From positions 402,584-466,583 of the forward strand of contig MHKS01000005.1 of NCBI GenBank assembly GCA_001818495.1: DNA of 64,000 nucleotides, written 5' to 3'. The position numbers were made by a program, and so were the translations under genes. Positions 38,022 to 48,418 of this stretch are shown piece by piece; the first letter of the stretch is position 1, and every line of letters begins with the position of its first letter. This DNA comes from Candidatus Komeilibacteria bacterium RIFOXYD1_FULL_37_29. Its GTDB lineage: Bacteria; Patescibacteriota; Patescibacteriia; UBA1558; GWA2-36-10. The notes beneath the pieces were generated by a model. It did no database searches, had not been told where the DNA came from, and was given only the letters and a program-made list of their open reading frames with translations.

Positions 38022-39106
38022 AAAAGACCTTAGTTTTAACACACGAATATTATCCGTTTAAAGGGGGAGTAGCCAGATATTGTCATAATCTTTTTAAATT
38101 TTTTAAAAATGAAGAGTACTTGGTTGTGACTGACAATCTAGAGGTCAGCTCTCAGAAAAACATCATCAACACTCGTTTGACCTGGCCTTATCTAAAGCCT
38201 AGTTGGCTCTTGGCTTATTTTAAGTTAAAAAAAATTATAAAGAATAATCAGTTGGAGCAGATTTTTACCCCCAATATTTTGCCTTTGGGTAGCTTGGCTT
38301 ATTTTCTTAAAGTACCATATATTATTTCTTTACACGGTCTAGACATTAATTTAGCTATGGCTAATAAGCCTAAGTTAACTAGAAAGATTTTGACCGGTGC
38401 CAAAGCAGTGATAGCCAATACGGAAAATACTGCTAAAATTACTAGAGATTTTTTAGGTCAGGCTGATTTTAAAATAAAAGTTTTATATCCCAGTGTTGAT
38501 TTTGATACCAGCTATGATCCTATCAAACTAGAAGCGTTTCGTAAAAAATTGGGTATTGGCGAGGAAAAGATAATTATGACGCTCGGTCGTTTGAATAAAC
38601 GAAAAGGACAGGATTTGGTGATTGAGGCTTTGGCCCAACTTCAGAACGATTATAATTTTAAATACTTTATTATCGGTCGTGGCTCGGAAAATAAAAATTT
38701 GGAACTTTTGATTGATAAGCACAAATTATCCAAGCAGGTTTTTATCTTTGATAATATTGACGACGAAGATTTAATTTACTTTTTTAAATTGGCTGATTAC
38801 TTTGTCCTGCCACATCGGCAAAGTGGCCACGATATAGAGGGTTTTGGTACAGTTTTTTTGGAAGCCGCCCTTTGTAATTTACCGATTATTTCTGGTGATA
38901 GTGGCGGAGTTAAAGAGATATTTAATAAGCCAGATCAGGCTCTACTAATACCAAGTGATGATTTAAAAGCTTTGATCAAGGCGATAAAATTTTTATTGAA
39001 TAATCCATTAGAAGCTGATAAACTAGCCCAAGCTGCGCAACAGCGGGCTAAGCAATTTAAAGGCAGTAAAGCACAGTCATTAATTTTAAAAGAAATATTA
39101 AAATAA
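38018..39106 (+). CDS. GT4 glycosyltransferase
   Basis: GT-B fold; C-terminal EGFGTVFLEAALCNLPIISGD signature. Confidence 0.65.
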   Translation: MKKTLVLTHEYYPFKGGVARYCHNLFKFFKNEEYLVVTDNLEVSSQKNIINTRLTWPYLKPSWLLAYFKLKKIIKNNQLEQIFTPNILPLGSLAYFLKVPYIISLHGLDINLAMANKPKLTRKILTGAKAVIANTENTAKITRDFLGQADFKIKVLYPSVDFDTSYDPIKLEAFRKKLGIGEEKIIMTLGRLNKRKGQDLVIEALAQLQNDYNFKYFIIGRGSENKNLELLIDKHKLSKQVFIFDNIDDEDLIYFFKLADYFVLPHRQSGHDIEGFGTVFLEAALCNLPIISGDSGGVKEIFNKPDQALLIPSDDLKALIKAIKFLLNNPLEADKLAQAAQQRAKQFKGSKAQSLILKEILK

Positions 39107-39107
39107 T

Positions 39108-40277
39108 ATGAAAAAATTTGATGTTGTCATGCTTAATATGTCCAATTATTCCGAATGGGATGAGGGTGTTTCTAATCGTAATTACCATATTTTGCGGGAA
39201 TTACAAAACAGGGAAGAAGTCGGTAAGATTTTAGCCGTTGATTATTTGCCATTGAATTTTAAAAGAGCTTTAAGAAATTATAAGGAGGGCATAGTTTTAA
39301 ATATTAATAATTCTAAAACAGTCAAGCGAGGTCTGACTTATAAAGTATCTAAAATTTCCGATAAGCTTTATGTCTACACTGACGCAGATTTTTGGTTGAG
39401 ACCAAAAAGTAGTTTGAAACGTATTAAAAAAATAGCCATTGATTTAAATTTTGGCGATTTTGTCTTATGGTCTTATTATCCTTTTGCGGCGTCTTATTGG
39501 GGTAAAATGGGCCAAAAAATGACTATTTTTGAGGCCGTGGATAACTGGCTTTTGCATTCATCCTATAGTAAATATACAGACAAGCTTAAAATCGCTTATG
39601 AAAAGATTAAAAACGAAACGGATTTGATTTTTGTGGTTTCTAAAAATTTGACCAACTTTTTTGATGATCAACCCAATGTTTACTGGATACCAAACGGTGT
39701 CGATAATAAACATTATAATAAAAAGTTTTCTTTAATCAATCGGGACATTTCGGATATTCCCAAGCCAATTATTGGTTATATTGGGGTAGTGCAGGAAAAA
39801 GTTGATTTTAAACTCCTGGAATATATAGCTGACAACAATTTGGATAAGTCACTGGTCATTATTGGTCCGGTTTGGACTGAACAGGAGAAAGCCAAAGAGG
39901 AATTGTCTCAAAAGAAAAATGTTTTTTTTCTGGGTTATAAAAAATACAATGAGGCGCCACAGTATATCCAACAATTCAATGTTGGTATTATACCCCATAA
40001 AACAGCGGGGTTTAGTGCTACTACCAATCCGATGAAGATGTATGAGTATTTATCTTGTGGTAAGCCTGTGGTAGCTACTAGTAACATTGGTACGGAAAAT
40101 GTAGCAGATATGATTTCTGTGGCCAAAGATTATGAAAGTTTTAATAAGGCTATTAATGAGGCTTTAGAGAAAGACAATACTGATGCACAAGAAAAAAGAA
40201 AAGAGTTTGTCAAGAAATTTTCTTGGTTTAATACGGTTTCTAAAATGTTGGATTTAATTAGCAATAAGTTTAATTAG
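39108..40277 (+). CDS. GT-B-fold glycosyltransferase (GT4-like)
   Basis: Operon context; C-terminal YEYLSCGKPVVATSNIG nucleotide-sugar-binding-like segment. Confidence 0.5.
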   Translation: MKKFDVVMLNMSNYSEWDEGVSNRNYHILRELQNREEVGKILAVDYLPLNFKRALRNYKEGIVLNINNSKTVKRGLTYKVSKISDKLYVYTDADFWLRPKSSLKRIKKIAIDLNFGDFVLWSYYPFAASYWGKMGQKMTIFEAVDNWLLHSSYSKYTDKLKIAYEKIKNETDLIFVVSKNLTNFFDDQPNVYWIPNGVDNKHYNKKFSLINRDISDIPKPIIGYIGVVQEKVDFKLLEYIADNNLDKSLVIIGPVWTEQEKAKEELSQKKNVFFLGYKKYNEAPQYIQQFNVGIIPHKTAGFSATTNPMKMYEYLSCGKPVVATSNIGTENVADMISVAKDYESFNKAINEALEKDNTDAQEKRKEFVKKFSWFNTVSKMLDLISNKFN

Positions 40278-40285
40278 TTTATAAA

Positions 40286-41230
40286 ATGGCCAAAGCTGAC
40301 CTGTCAGTCATTATTGTAAATTGGAAAGTAAAAGACTTACTAAAAAAATGTTTGGACTCTATTTTGGCTTATCAAAAAAATTACCAACTAGAGATATTTA
40401 TAGTAGATAACCATAGTCAAGATGGTAGCGTGGAGATGATCAAAAAAGATTATCCGATGGTCAGTTTGATAGCTTTAGAAAAAAATATTGGTTTTGGCGC
40501 AGCCAATAATCTAGCCATAAAAAAAGCTACAGCGGATTATATTTTTTTACTTAATCCCGATACAGAGCTAACGGCTGATTTTTTTGATCAGGCATTTTCT
40601 TATATGCAAAATAATCCAGCCGTAGGAATTTTGGGTCCGAAAATTATAAATAGCGATGGTAGCCAACAGGCTTCTATTAGAAATTTGCCAAATTTATTAT
40701 CACAAAGTCTAACGTTGTTTAAATTACAAAATATTTTAGGTAGCGATAAACCATTGGAGCCTTATATCAATAAATCTCTGATAGCTCCGGTTTCGAAAAT
40801 TAGAAAGTTATTTTCTGCCAGTAAAGCTTTGACTCATTATTTGGCGGAAGATTTTGATTATAGTAGGGAGCAGTCAGTCGAGCAGATTATGGGGGCAGCC
40901 ATGTTTATTAGACGTTCTGTTTTGGATAAAATTGGGGTTTTTGATACTAAATTTTTTGTTTGGTTTGAAGAAGTTGATTTGTGTCAGCGCGCTAAAAAAG
41001 CCGGTTTGGAAATAAAATATTTTCCCCAAGCGGTTATTATCCATCATGGAGGACAAAGCTTTTCGCAAAGTCAGACCTTAAAAAAACAAAAGCTTTTTAA
41101 TAAAAGCCTGTGGTATTATTTTTTCAAACACAAACCATTTATTCAGACTTTAATAATTTTTTTATTAATTCCTATTAATATAGGGCTGACATTAATTTAT
41201 GTCACTTTTTTCAAAAATAAAGGAAAGTAG
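40286..41230 (+). CDS. GT2 glycosyltransferase
   Basis: LSVIIVNWK, VDNHSQDGS, DxD. Confidence 0.65.
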   Translation: MAKADLSVIIVNWKVKDLLKKCLDSILAYQKNYQLEIFIVDNHSQDGSVEMIKKDYPMVSLIALEKNIGFGAANNLAIKKATADYIFLLNPDTELTADFFDQAFSYMQNNPAVGILGPKIINSDGSQQASIRNLPNLLSQSLTLFKLQNILGSDKPLEPYINKSLIAPVSKIRKLFSASKALTHYLAEDFDYSREQSVEQIMGAAMFIRRSVLDKIGVFDTKFFVWFEEVDLCQRAKKAGLEIKYFPQAVIIHHGGQSFSQSQTLKKQKLFNKSLWYYFFKHKPFIQTLIIFLLIPINIGLTLIYVTFFKNKGK

Positions 41231-42647
41231 CTTATTTTCTAGATGGCTGATGGTTTTTATCACGCTGGAAGCTTTGTCGGCCTTGGCTTGGTTTTACCCC
41301 TATATTAGCGGGGCAGTCTTGTTATTTGTGGCTGTTTTGACGGTTTTTTTGCTTTTTAAACAGCCCATATTTTCTTTGTATCTTCCGGTTGCTGAAATTT
41401 TTTGGGGCTCTTTGGGGCACAGCTTTGATTATTATTTTATTAACACCAGGCTACTGATATTTATGCTGGTGGTTTTTGTTTTTATAATTAAACATATCAA
41501 GCAATTTAAAAATATTAAATTGTTTAAAAATCGAAATTTGTTTTTGATATTTTTTAGTTTAGTATTTTTAATTTTATTGGGTGTAGTTTTGGGCTATGTT
41601 CGGAGCAAAGATCTGGGCCGAGTATTTCTTGATGCCAATGCTTATTTTTATATTTTCTATTTACCTATTTGGTATCAGGTTTATGAAGAGAGGTATTTAC
41701 AAAATATTTTAACTATCTTAAAAACGGCTACTTTGATAGTTGCTATAAAAACTATTTTATTATTAAATATTTTTTCTCAAAATTATTCTTTTTTAAATAT
41801 AGATAATATTTATAAATGGGTTAGAGACACCAGGACAGGGGAGATAACTCCTTTTCGTGATTCATTTTTTAGGATATTTATGCAGTCGCAGTTTTATTTG
41901 ATTGTGGCTTGGCTGGTAATTTTTATAGAACAGATCAACAATTTTAAAAATAAAAATAGTTTTTGGCTAAGTATAGTTTTGTCGTCGGCTATTTTTATAT
42001 CTTTGTCGCGTAGCTTTTGGCTGGGACTAACAGTCGGATTATTATTTACTTTAGGGCATTTTATTTATCAGACCAAAAGAATTTCTTTAAATATTTTTAT
42101 TAGTTTGGCAGTGATGTTTTTAGCCAGTATACTATTGGTAGAGTTGGCTTATAATTTGCCAGCGTATAAAAGTTTTAATATTTTTACCCAGCGTAGTACC
42201 GATGTCAGTGAGTCAGCGGCTTCTACTCGCGCTCAATTGTGGGGACCGCTGTGGCAAAATATTGCTGAGCGGCCGATTTTTGGTCACGGTTTTGGTCAGG
42301 AAATCAGTTTTTATTCCAATGACCCGCGTATTAAAACTGTAGACAATCCTTCTGGCTGGCATACTACCTATGCTTTTGAATGGGGTTGGATGGATCAGCT
42401 GGTCAAAGGTGGCTTAGTCCTGTTCTTATTTTTTGTAGCTTGGATTGTTTATCTTTATCGACGGACTTATCGCTTTTTATCAAATGAACCAGTTATTAGC
42501 TTGGCTCTGATGGCTACATTGACTAGTTTGATAATTATTCATATATTTACCCCATACCTTAATCATCCGCTGGGTTTGTCAGTACTTATGTTAGCTAGTA
42601 TAATTTTTATTCCTTATGCACAAAAAACAACCAACAGTGACCATTAG
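41199..42647 (+). CDS. O-antigen ligase/polymerase-like (Wzy/WaaL family) membrane protein
   Basis: 482 aa polytopic protein with a large periplasmic-type loop; glycan-cluster context. Confidence 0.5.
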   Translation: MSLFSKIKESSLFSRWLMVFITLEALSALAWFYPYISGAVLLFVAVLTVFLLFKQPIFSLYLPVAEIFWGSLGHSFDYYFINTRLLIFMLVVFVFIIKHIKQFKNIKLFKNRNLFLIFFSLVFLILLGVVLGYVRSKDLGRVFLDANAYFYIFYLPIWYQVYEERYLQNILTILKTATLIVAIKTILLLNIFSQNYSFLNIDNIYKWVRDTRTGEITPFRDSFFRIFMQSQFYLIVAWLVIFIEQINNFKNKNSFWLSIVLSSAIFISLSRSFWLGLTVGLLFTLGHFIYQTKRISLNIFISLAVMFLASILLVELAYNLPAYKSFNIFTQRSTDVSESAASTRAQLWGPLWQNIAERPIFGHGFGQEISFYSNDPRIKTVDNPSGWHTTYAFEWGWMDQLVKGGLVLFLFFVAWIVYLYRRTYRFLSNEPVISLALMATLTSLIIIHIFTPYLNHPLGLSVLMLASIIFIPYAQKTTNSDH

Positions 42648-43617
42648 TTTACTTACTTGGAATGGTCAAAGATACCTTCCTTGGCTGATGAAAAGCTTGT
42701 CAGAACAGTCTTTTGTCGACTTCGAGCTTTTGGTCTTGGACAATGCTTCTAGCGACAATTCCATAGAAATTATTAGAGAACATTATCCTAAGGCCAGAAT
42801 TGTTGGTCAAAAACAAAATATTGGTTTTGCCAAAGGACACAATTTACTGATCAATTGGTCAAATTCTGATTATATTTTAGTTTTAAACCAAGATGTGATA
42901 TTGGGCGCTAATTATTTGAGAGAATTGGTGGATTTTATGGAAAAACATCCCCAAGCGGCTTCTTGTGCTGGTAAATTGATGTATTGGGATTTTTCCAGCG
43001 GACAAAAAACCAACATTGTTGATTCTTATGGTTTAAAAATCAGCCGTAAAAGAGAAATTATTGATAATCAGCAGGGTCAAACTGATAGTAGTTTGTCTAA
43101 TCAGGAAGTTTTTGGTCTTTCGGCTACGGCTACTTTATATAGACGAAAAGCACTCGATATTGTAGCGGGGGCGCCCAAAGATAACCATTTGGAATATTTT
43201 GACGAAGATTTTTTTGCTTATAAAGAGGATGTTGATTTAGCTTGGCGTCTTAGACTTTTCGGCTGGGAAAATTGGTTAGTCACCACTTGCAAGGCTTATC
43301 ATCATCGCAGTATAGCCAAAGGAGAAGACCTTATTACTTCACGCAAACACCGGGGCTTTGCCAATAAAATTTCTTATCGCAATCATTTTATGTTACTTTA
43401 TAAAAATTCTTTCTATAAGAATTTATTTAAGGATTGTTTGTATATAAAATGGTATGAATTTAAGAAATTTGTTTATTTGCTTATTTTTGAAAGATCAACT
43501 TTGGTTGGACTGAAAGAATTTTTTATGAGTATTCCCCGACTGAGAAAAAAAAGAAAATATATTATGGAGCATAAAAAAATTACAGCTGATGATATATATA
43601 AATGGTTTGAAAAATAA
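42616..43617 (+). CDS. GT2 glycosyltransferase
   Basis: TISLLTWNG, LDNASSDNS, DED. Confidence 0.65.
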   Translation: MHKKQPTVTISLLTWNGQRYLPWLMKSLSEQSFVDFELLVLDNASSDNSIEIIREHYPKARIVGQKQNIGFAKGHNLLINWSNSDYILVLNQDVILGANYLRELVDFMEKHPQAASCAGKLMYWDFSSGQKTNIVDSYGLKISRKREIIDNQQGQTDSSLSNQEVFGLSATATLYRRKALDIVAGAPKDNHLEYFDEDFFAYKEDVDLAWRLRLFGWENWLVTTCKAYHHRSIAKGEDLITSRKHRGFANKISYRNHFMLLYKNSFYKNLFKDCLYIKWYEFKKFVYLLIFERSTLVGLKEFFMSIPRLRKKRKYIMEHKKITADDIYKWFEK

Positions 43618-43620
43618 TTT

Positions 43621-44427
43621 ATGGATTTATCAATTGTGGTCTTAAATTATCGCGGTAAAAATTTAGTAAAAGAATTACTAAAAAATTTAGCGGAATTAGA
43701 TTTGCCGTATCAGTATGAAATCATTGTGGTAGACAATGCTTCTGGCGATGGTTTGAAAGAAGCCTTGGCTGAAAATTTTCCGCAGGTTAAGTTTGTGGCC
43801 AATTCAAAAAATTTGGGTTTTGCTGGTGGTAATAATCGGGGTATTATAGAAGCCCAGGGTCAATATATAATGATTATGAATCCTGATTTGGCTATTTTAT
43901 CTAAGGCGATAGAAAAATTGTATCAGTATATGGAAAAAAATCCGCAAGTAGGTTTAGCTGGTCCGCGACTGATAAATGCCGATCGCACTATTCAATATTC
44001 TTGTACTGATTGGCCAGATTGGAAATTGCCTTTTTTCAGGCGGACAGCCTTGGGCAATACCAAAGCGGGTCAAAAATGGCAGGATAAATATATTATGAAA
44101 GATCTGGATCATTATCAAAACAGTTATGTACCATCTTTGTTTGGTGCTTGTCTTATTTTTCGTCGGGATGTTTTGAAAAAGGTGGGTCTTTTGGATGAGC
44201 GTTATTTTATGTATTTTGAGGACTTAGATTGGTCTAGACGTTTTTGGGAAAATGGCTATAAAGTCACTTATGTGGGGGAGGCTGAGATTATCCATTTGCA
44301 CCGTCGCGAGTCAGCCGCTGAAAGCCTGCTTAAATCTTTGTTTTCCAAAACAGCTCGTTTTCACATTATTAGCTTTGTCAAATATTTATTGAAATTTAGA
44401 GGTAAAAAATTACCAGTCATTGGCTAG
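43621..44427 (+). CDS. GT2 glycosyltransferase
   Basis: LSIVVLNYRG, VDNASGDG, YFEDLDW. Confidence 0.65.
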   Translation: MDLSIVVLNYRGKNLVKELLKNLAELDLPYQYEIIVVDNASGDGLKEALAENFPQVKFVANSKNLGFAGGNNRGIIEAQGQYIMIMNPDLAILSKAIEKLYQYMEKNPQVGLAGPRLINADRTIQYSCTDWPDWKLPFFRRTALGNTKAGQKWQDKYIMKDLDHYQNSYVPSLFGACLIFRRDVLKKVGLLDERYFMYFEDLDWSRRFWENGYKVTYVGEAEIIHLHRRESAAESLLKSLFSKTARFHIISFVKYLLKFRGKKLPVIG

Positions 44428-44489
44428 TCTTTTTCTTGATTTTTAGCCTATTTTCTTGTATTATTATTCTATAAGAAAATTTTAAATTT

Positions 44490-45986
44490 ATGGCAAAAAA
44501 TCAAGAAAAAAGCCTTGATATTAACGATGAATATCAGCAAAGACTAGCCAAATTGGCCAGGCTCAAAAAACAAGCCATCGACCCTTATCCAGCCCGAAGC
44601 AAAAAAGACACTAGCGTGGCGGATTTTTTAAATAATTTTAAAAAACTATTGAGTAGTCAACAAAAGATCACTAGCGCCGGTCGGATTGTTAGTTTGCGTC
44701 TGCAAGGGGGATCTTGTTTTCTAAATTTTGAAGATTATTCTGGTCGCGTGCAAGTTTTTATAAGGAAAGAAAATATTGGAGAAGGGGAGTATCAAAGTTT
44801 TAAAGACAATGTTGATACTGGTGATTTTGTAGAATTTAGCGGTCAGGCTTTTGAGACCAAAACCAAAGAGCCGACTATTTTGGTTGACGGTTTTAAATTT
44901 TTAGCTAAGACTCTTTTGCCACTACCCGATCAATATTATGGTCTTAAAGATCCCGATCTTAGATTTAGAAAAAGATATTTAGATTTGATTTTAAATCCCA
45001 AAGTAAAAGAGACTTTTAAGTTGCGCAGTGAAGTGATCAAGCTGACGCGTCAGTATTTTGATAAAAATGGTTTTATGGAAGTAGACACGCCGGTCTTGCA
45101 GTCAGTGGCCGGTGGAGCAACGGCTCAGCCTTTTGTCACCCATCACAACGCTCTAGATATTGATATGTATTTGCGTGTAGCGCCAGAATTATATCTAAAA
45201 CGTTTGATAGTTGGTGGTTATGACAAGGTCTATGAAATTGCTCGTTGTTTTAGAAACGAAGGCATTGATCATCAGCATAATCCGGAATTTACCCAAATTG
45301 AAGCTTATTGGGCTTATAAGGATTATACTTTTTTGATGGATTGGATGGAAAAATATTTTGAATTTTTAGTTACCAGTGTCAATAATGGCAGTACCAAAAT
45401 AAAAAATAGCGCGGATGTTATTGATTTTAAAGCTCCTTATCCCAGACTGGATTTTAAAGATACTCTAGAAAAAGCTTTAAAAATTGATCTAGATAAGACC
45501 AATGATCAGGAGCTAGCCAAAATCGCTAAAAATGCCAAATTGGAAGTTGATAAAAGCTGGGGTCGTGGTAAATTGCTCGACGAACTGTATAAAAAATTTG
45601 TGCGATCAAAATTGATTCAGCCAACCTTTATTGTCAATCATCCCTTGGAGGTTTCACCTTTGGCTAAAAAGATTGTCGATCGGCCAAATTATGTCGAAAG
45701 ATTTCAATTGGTAGTTAAAACAGCAGAAATTTGTAATGCTTTTTCAGAGTTAAATGACCCTCTAGATCAGGAAAAAAGATTTGATGAGCAGAGAAAATTG
45801 AGGGAAGCGGGAGATCAGGAAGCTCAGGGGGCTGACAGTGATTTTGTCGAAGCCTTAAAACACGGCATGCCACCAACAGTCGGATTGGGTGTGGGCATTG
45901 ATCGATTGGTCATGCTTTTGGGTGATATAGAAAATATCAAAGAGGTTATATTATTTCCAACCATGAGACCAAAAAATGATGACTAA
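44490..45986 (+). CDS. lysS: Lysine--tRNA ligase (class II)
   Basis: OB-fold N-domain; class II motif 2 ARCFRNEG; motif 3 GVGIDRLVMLL. Confidence 0.85.
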   Translation: MAKNQEKSLDINDEYQQRLAKLARLKKQAIDPYPARSKKDTSVADFLNNFKKLLSSQQKITSAGRIVSLRLQGGSCFLNFEDYSGRVQVFIRKENIGEGEYQSFKDNVDTGDFVEFSGQAFETKTKEPTILVDGFKFLAKTLLPLPDQYYGLKDPDLRFRKRYLDLILNPKVKETFKLRSEVIKLTRQYFDKNGFMEVDTPVLQSVAGGATAQPFVTHHNALDIDMYLRVAPELYLKRLIVGGYDKVYEIARCFRNEGIDHQHNPEFTQIEAYWAYKDYTFLMDWMEKYFEFLVTSVNNGSTKIKNSADVIDFKAPYPRLDFKDTLEKALKIDLDKTNDQELAKIAKNAKLEVDKSWGRGKLLDELYKKFVRSKLIQPTFIVNHPLEVSPLAKKIVDRPNYVERFQLVVKTAEICNAFSELNDPLDQEKRFDEQRKLREAGDQEAQGADSDFVEALKHGMPPTVGLGVGIDRLVMLLGDIENIKEVILFPTMRPKNDD

Positions 45987-46608
45987 GGAGATAAGGAAGT
46001 TAAATAAATTATTAGTGGCTACTCATAATCCGGGAAAGTTTAAAATTATTAAAGATAAATTAAGTTCATTAAATATTGAGATTTTATCTTTAGATGATTT
46101 GGGCATCAAAGAAGATTTTGAAGAAACTGGTCAAACTTATCAGGAAAACGCTTCGGGTAAGGCCAAATTTTATTATAAGCTGGCTCAGATGCCGACATTA
46201 GGAGATGATTCTGGATTGTCGGTTGATGCTTTAGACGGTGCACCGGGTCTTTATTCGCGTTTTTGGCCAGGATATAAAGGGACTGATGAGGAGCTCCTGA
46301 AAATGCTTTTAGACAAGCTAAAGGATGTTCCCGATGCTCAAAGAACAGCCAAATTTGTCACGGTCTTAGCTTTGTTTGACGGACAGCAAATATATTTTGG
46401 TCAAGGAGAAGTCAAAGGAGTAATAACTCAAGAAGCTTTGTGTGATTTAGAGCCAGGTCTGCCCTATAGCGCAGTTTTTCGTCCCGATGGGTATGACAAA
46501 GTTTTTTCCCAGCTGACTTTGGAAGAAAAGCGTGGTGTCAGTCATCGGGCCAAGGCAGTTGATGAAATAATTAAACAATTATCCGCCAGAGGTGGAGTAA
46601 ATAAATAA
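45976..46608 (+). CDS. rdgB: Non-canonical purine NTP pyrophosphatase (Ham1/RdgB)
   Basis: [16 protein letters not shown]...[19 protein letters not shown]. Confidence 0.75.
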   Translation: MMTKEIRKLNKLLVATHNPGKFKIIKDKLSSLNIEILSLDDLGIKEDFEETGQTYQENASGKAKFYYKLAQMPTLGDDSGLSVDALDGAPGLYSRFWPGYKGTDEELLKMLLDKLKDVPDAQRTAKFVTVLALFDGQQIYFGQGEVKGVITQEALCDLEPGLPYSAVFRPDGYDKVFSQLTLEEKRGVSHRAKAVDEIIKQLSARGGVNK

Positions 46609-46613
46609 TTAAT

Positions 46614-47183
46614 ATGGACAAAAGAAATCTTTTAATCATGGTCGCAATAATGGTTATAGCAGTGGCCCTGATGCTGATTTTTCCAGCCAAAAAAATCACT
46701 ATGGAAGAAGCAATTATTAAAACAAATAAAGGAGATATAAAAGTCGCTTTGTATCCTGATAAAGTTCCCACTACTGTGGAAAATTTTGCCAAACTAGCCC
46801 AAGAAAGATTTTATGAAGACATAAAATTTCATAGAGTAGTGGAAAATTTTATGATTCAAACAGGTGATCCCCAAACTAGAGGTGAGGAAGGTAAAGATTT
46901 TGTTTATACACCCAACGGCAGTGGTTTACCCATCGCTGGTACTGGTGGGCCAGGCTATACTTTTAAAGACGAATTTCATCCCAATTTAAAGCATAATATT
47001 GCTGGTATTTTGTCTATGGCCAACTCTGGTCCCAATACCAATGGCTCACAATTTTTCATTACGCATTTGCCCACACCATGGCTTGACGGAAAACACACTA
47101 TTTTTGGTCGCGTATTAGAAGGTCAGGCTGTAGTGGATTCTATTGTTCAAGGTGATTATATAAAGAAAATTATCATAAAATAA
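46614..47183 (+). CDS. Peptidyl-prolyl cis-trans isomerase (cyclophilin type) with N-terminal membrane anchor/signal
   Basis: [34 protein letters not shown]. Confidence 0.8.
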   Translation: MDKRNLLIMVAIMVIAVALMLIFPAKKITMEEAIIKTNKGDIKVALYPDKVPTTVENFAKLAQERFYEDIKFHRVVENFMIQTGDPQTRGEEGKDFVYTPNGSGLPIAGTGGPGYTFKDEFHPNLKHNIAGILSMANSGPNTNGSQFFITHLPTPWLDGKHTIFGRVLEGQAVVDSIVQGDYIKKIIIK

Positions 47184-48418
47184 TGTTAGACATAAAAAAA
47201 ATAAGAGAGGAAACAGTGGCTGTCAAAGATTCTTTAATGAAACGTGGCATCAAAGTTGATTTTAAAAAAATAATTAAACTAGACGATCAGCGCAAAAAAT
47301 TGATTGTCCAAAATGAAGATTTAAAAGCCGAGCGAAACAAATTTTCCAAATCAAAACCTGATGCTGCTATTATTAAACAAATGAAATCTCTGGGCGAAAA
47401 AATAAAAGATTTGGAAACAGACTTAGATCAGGTACAGTCAGAGCTAGACAATGAAATAGCCGCTTTGCCAAATATTGTAGCTGACGATGTAGTAGCTGGT
47501 GGCAAGGAAAATAATAAAATTATCGGCACTTTTAAAACTCAGCCAAAGCTGGCTTTTAAATTTAAAAATCATGTGGATTTAGCTACTGAGCTAGGGCTGA
47601 TAGACTATCCTCGGGCTGTTAAGATGTCTGGTTCGGGTTTTTGGGCCTATACCGGAGACGGAGCTTTGCTAGAATGGGCTCTACTTAATTATTTTGTAGA
47701 TTATCATCGGCAAAATAATTATCAGTTCATCATTCCACCGTTTTTGCTGACAGAAAAATCTGCCTATACTTCTGGGCATTTGCCAAAATTTAGGGAAGAC
47801 CTTTTTTGGACACAAAACAAGCTTTGTTTAAACGCCACTTCTGAAATGATGTTAGGTAACTATCATCGTGATGAAATTTTGCCAGCCGAAAAATTACCTT
47901 TGAAATATTTTGCCTATTCAACCTGCTTTCGTCGGGAAGCTGGTTCTTACAGAGCGGAGGAGAGGGGAATGGTCAGGGGACATCAGTTCAATAAAATTGA
48001 GATGTTTCAATTTACTAAACCAGAAAATTCTTGGCAGGCCTTTTCTGAATTATTGAAACACGCTCAAAAATTGGTAGAGGGCTTGGAGCTACACTATAAC
48101 ACAGTTCAATTGGCCGCTGGTGATTGTAGCGCTGCTATGGCCAAAACAATTGATCTAGAAGTTTGGATACCATCTATGAATAATTATAAAGAAGTTTCCA
48201 GTGTTTCCAACGCTTTGGATTATCAGGCCAGACGCGGGCAAATACGCTTTAAAGATAGTGATGGAAAAAATAAGTTTGTTCACACTTTAAACGCTTCTGG
48301 TTTGGCCACCAGCCGAATTTTGCCAGCCATTTTAGAGCAAAACCAACAGGCTGATGGTTCCGTAGTAGTGCCCAAGGTATTGCAAAAATATCTCGGCAAG
48401 AAAGCATTGAAAAAATAA
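47183..48418 (+). CDS. serS: Serine--tRNA ligase
   Basis: N-terminal coiled-coil arm MLDIKKIRE; class II core. Confidence 0.8.
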   Translation: MLDIKKIREETVAVKDSLMKRGIKVDFKKIIKLDDQRKKLIVQNEDLKAERNKFSKSKPDAAIIKQMKSLGEKIKDLETDLDQVQSELDNEIAALPNIVADDVVAGGKENNKIIGTFKTQPKLAFKFKNHVDLATELGLIDYPRAVKMSGSGFWAYTGDGALLEWALLNYFVDYHRQNNYQFIIPPFLLTEKSAYTSGHLPKFREDLFWTQNKLCLNATSEMMLGNYHRDEILPAEKLPLKYFAYSTCFRREAGSYRAEERGMVRGHQFNKIEMFQFTKPENSWQAFSELLKHAQKLVEGLELHYNTVQLAAGDCSAAMAKTIDLEVWIPSMNNYKEVSSVSNALDYQARRGQIRFKDSDGKNKFVHTLNASGLATSRILPAILEQNQQADGSVVVPKVLQKYLGKKALKK

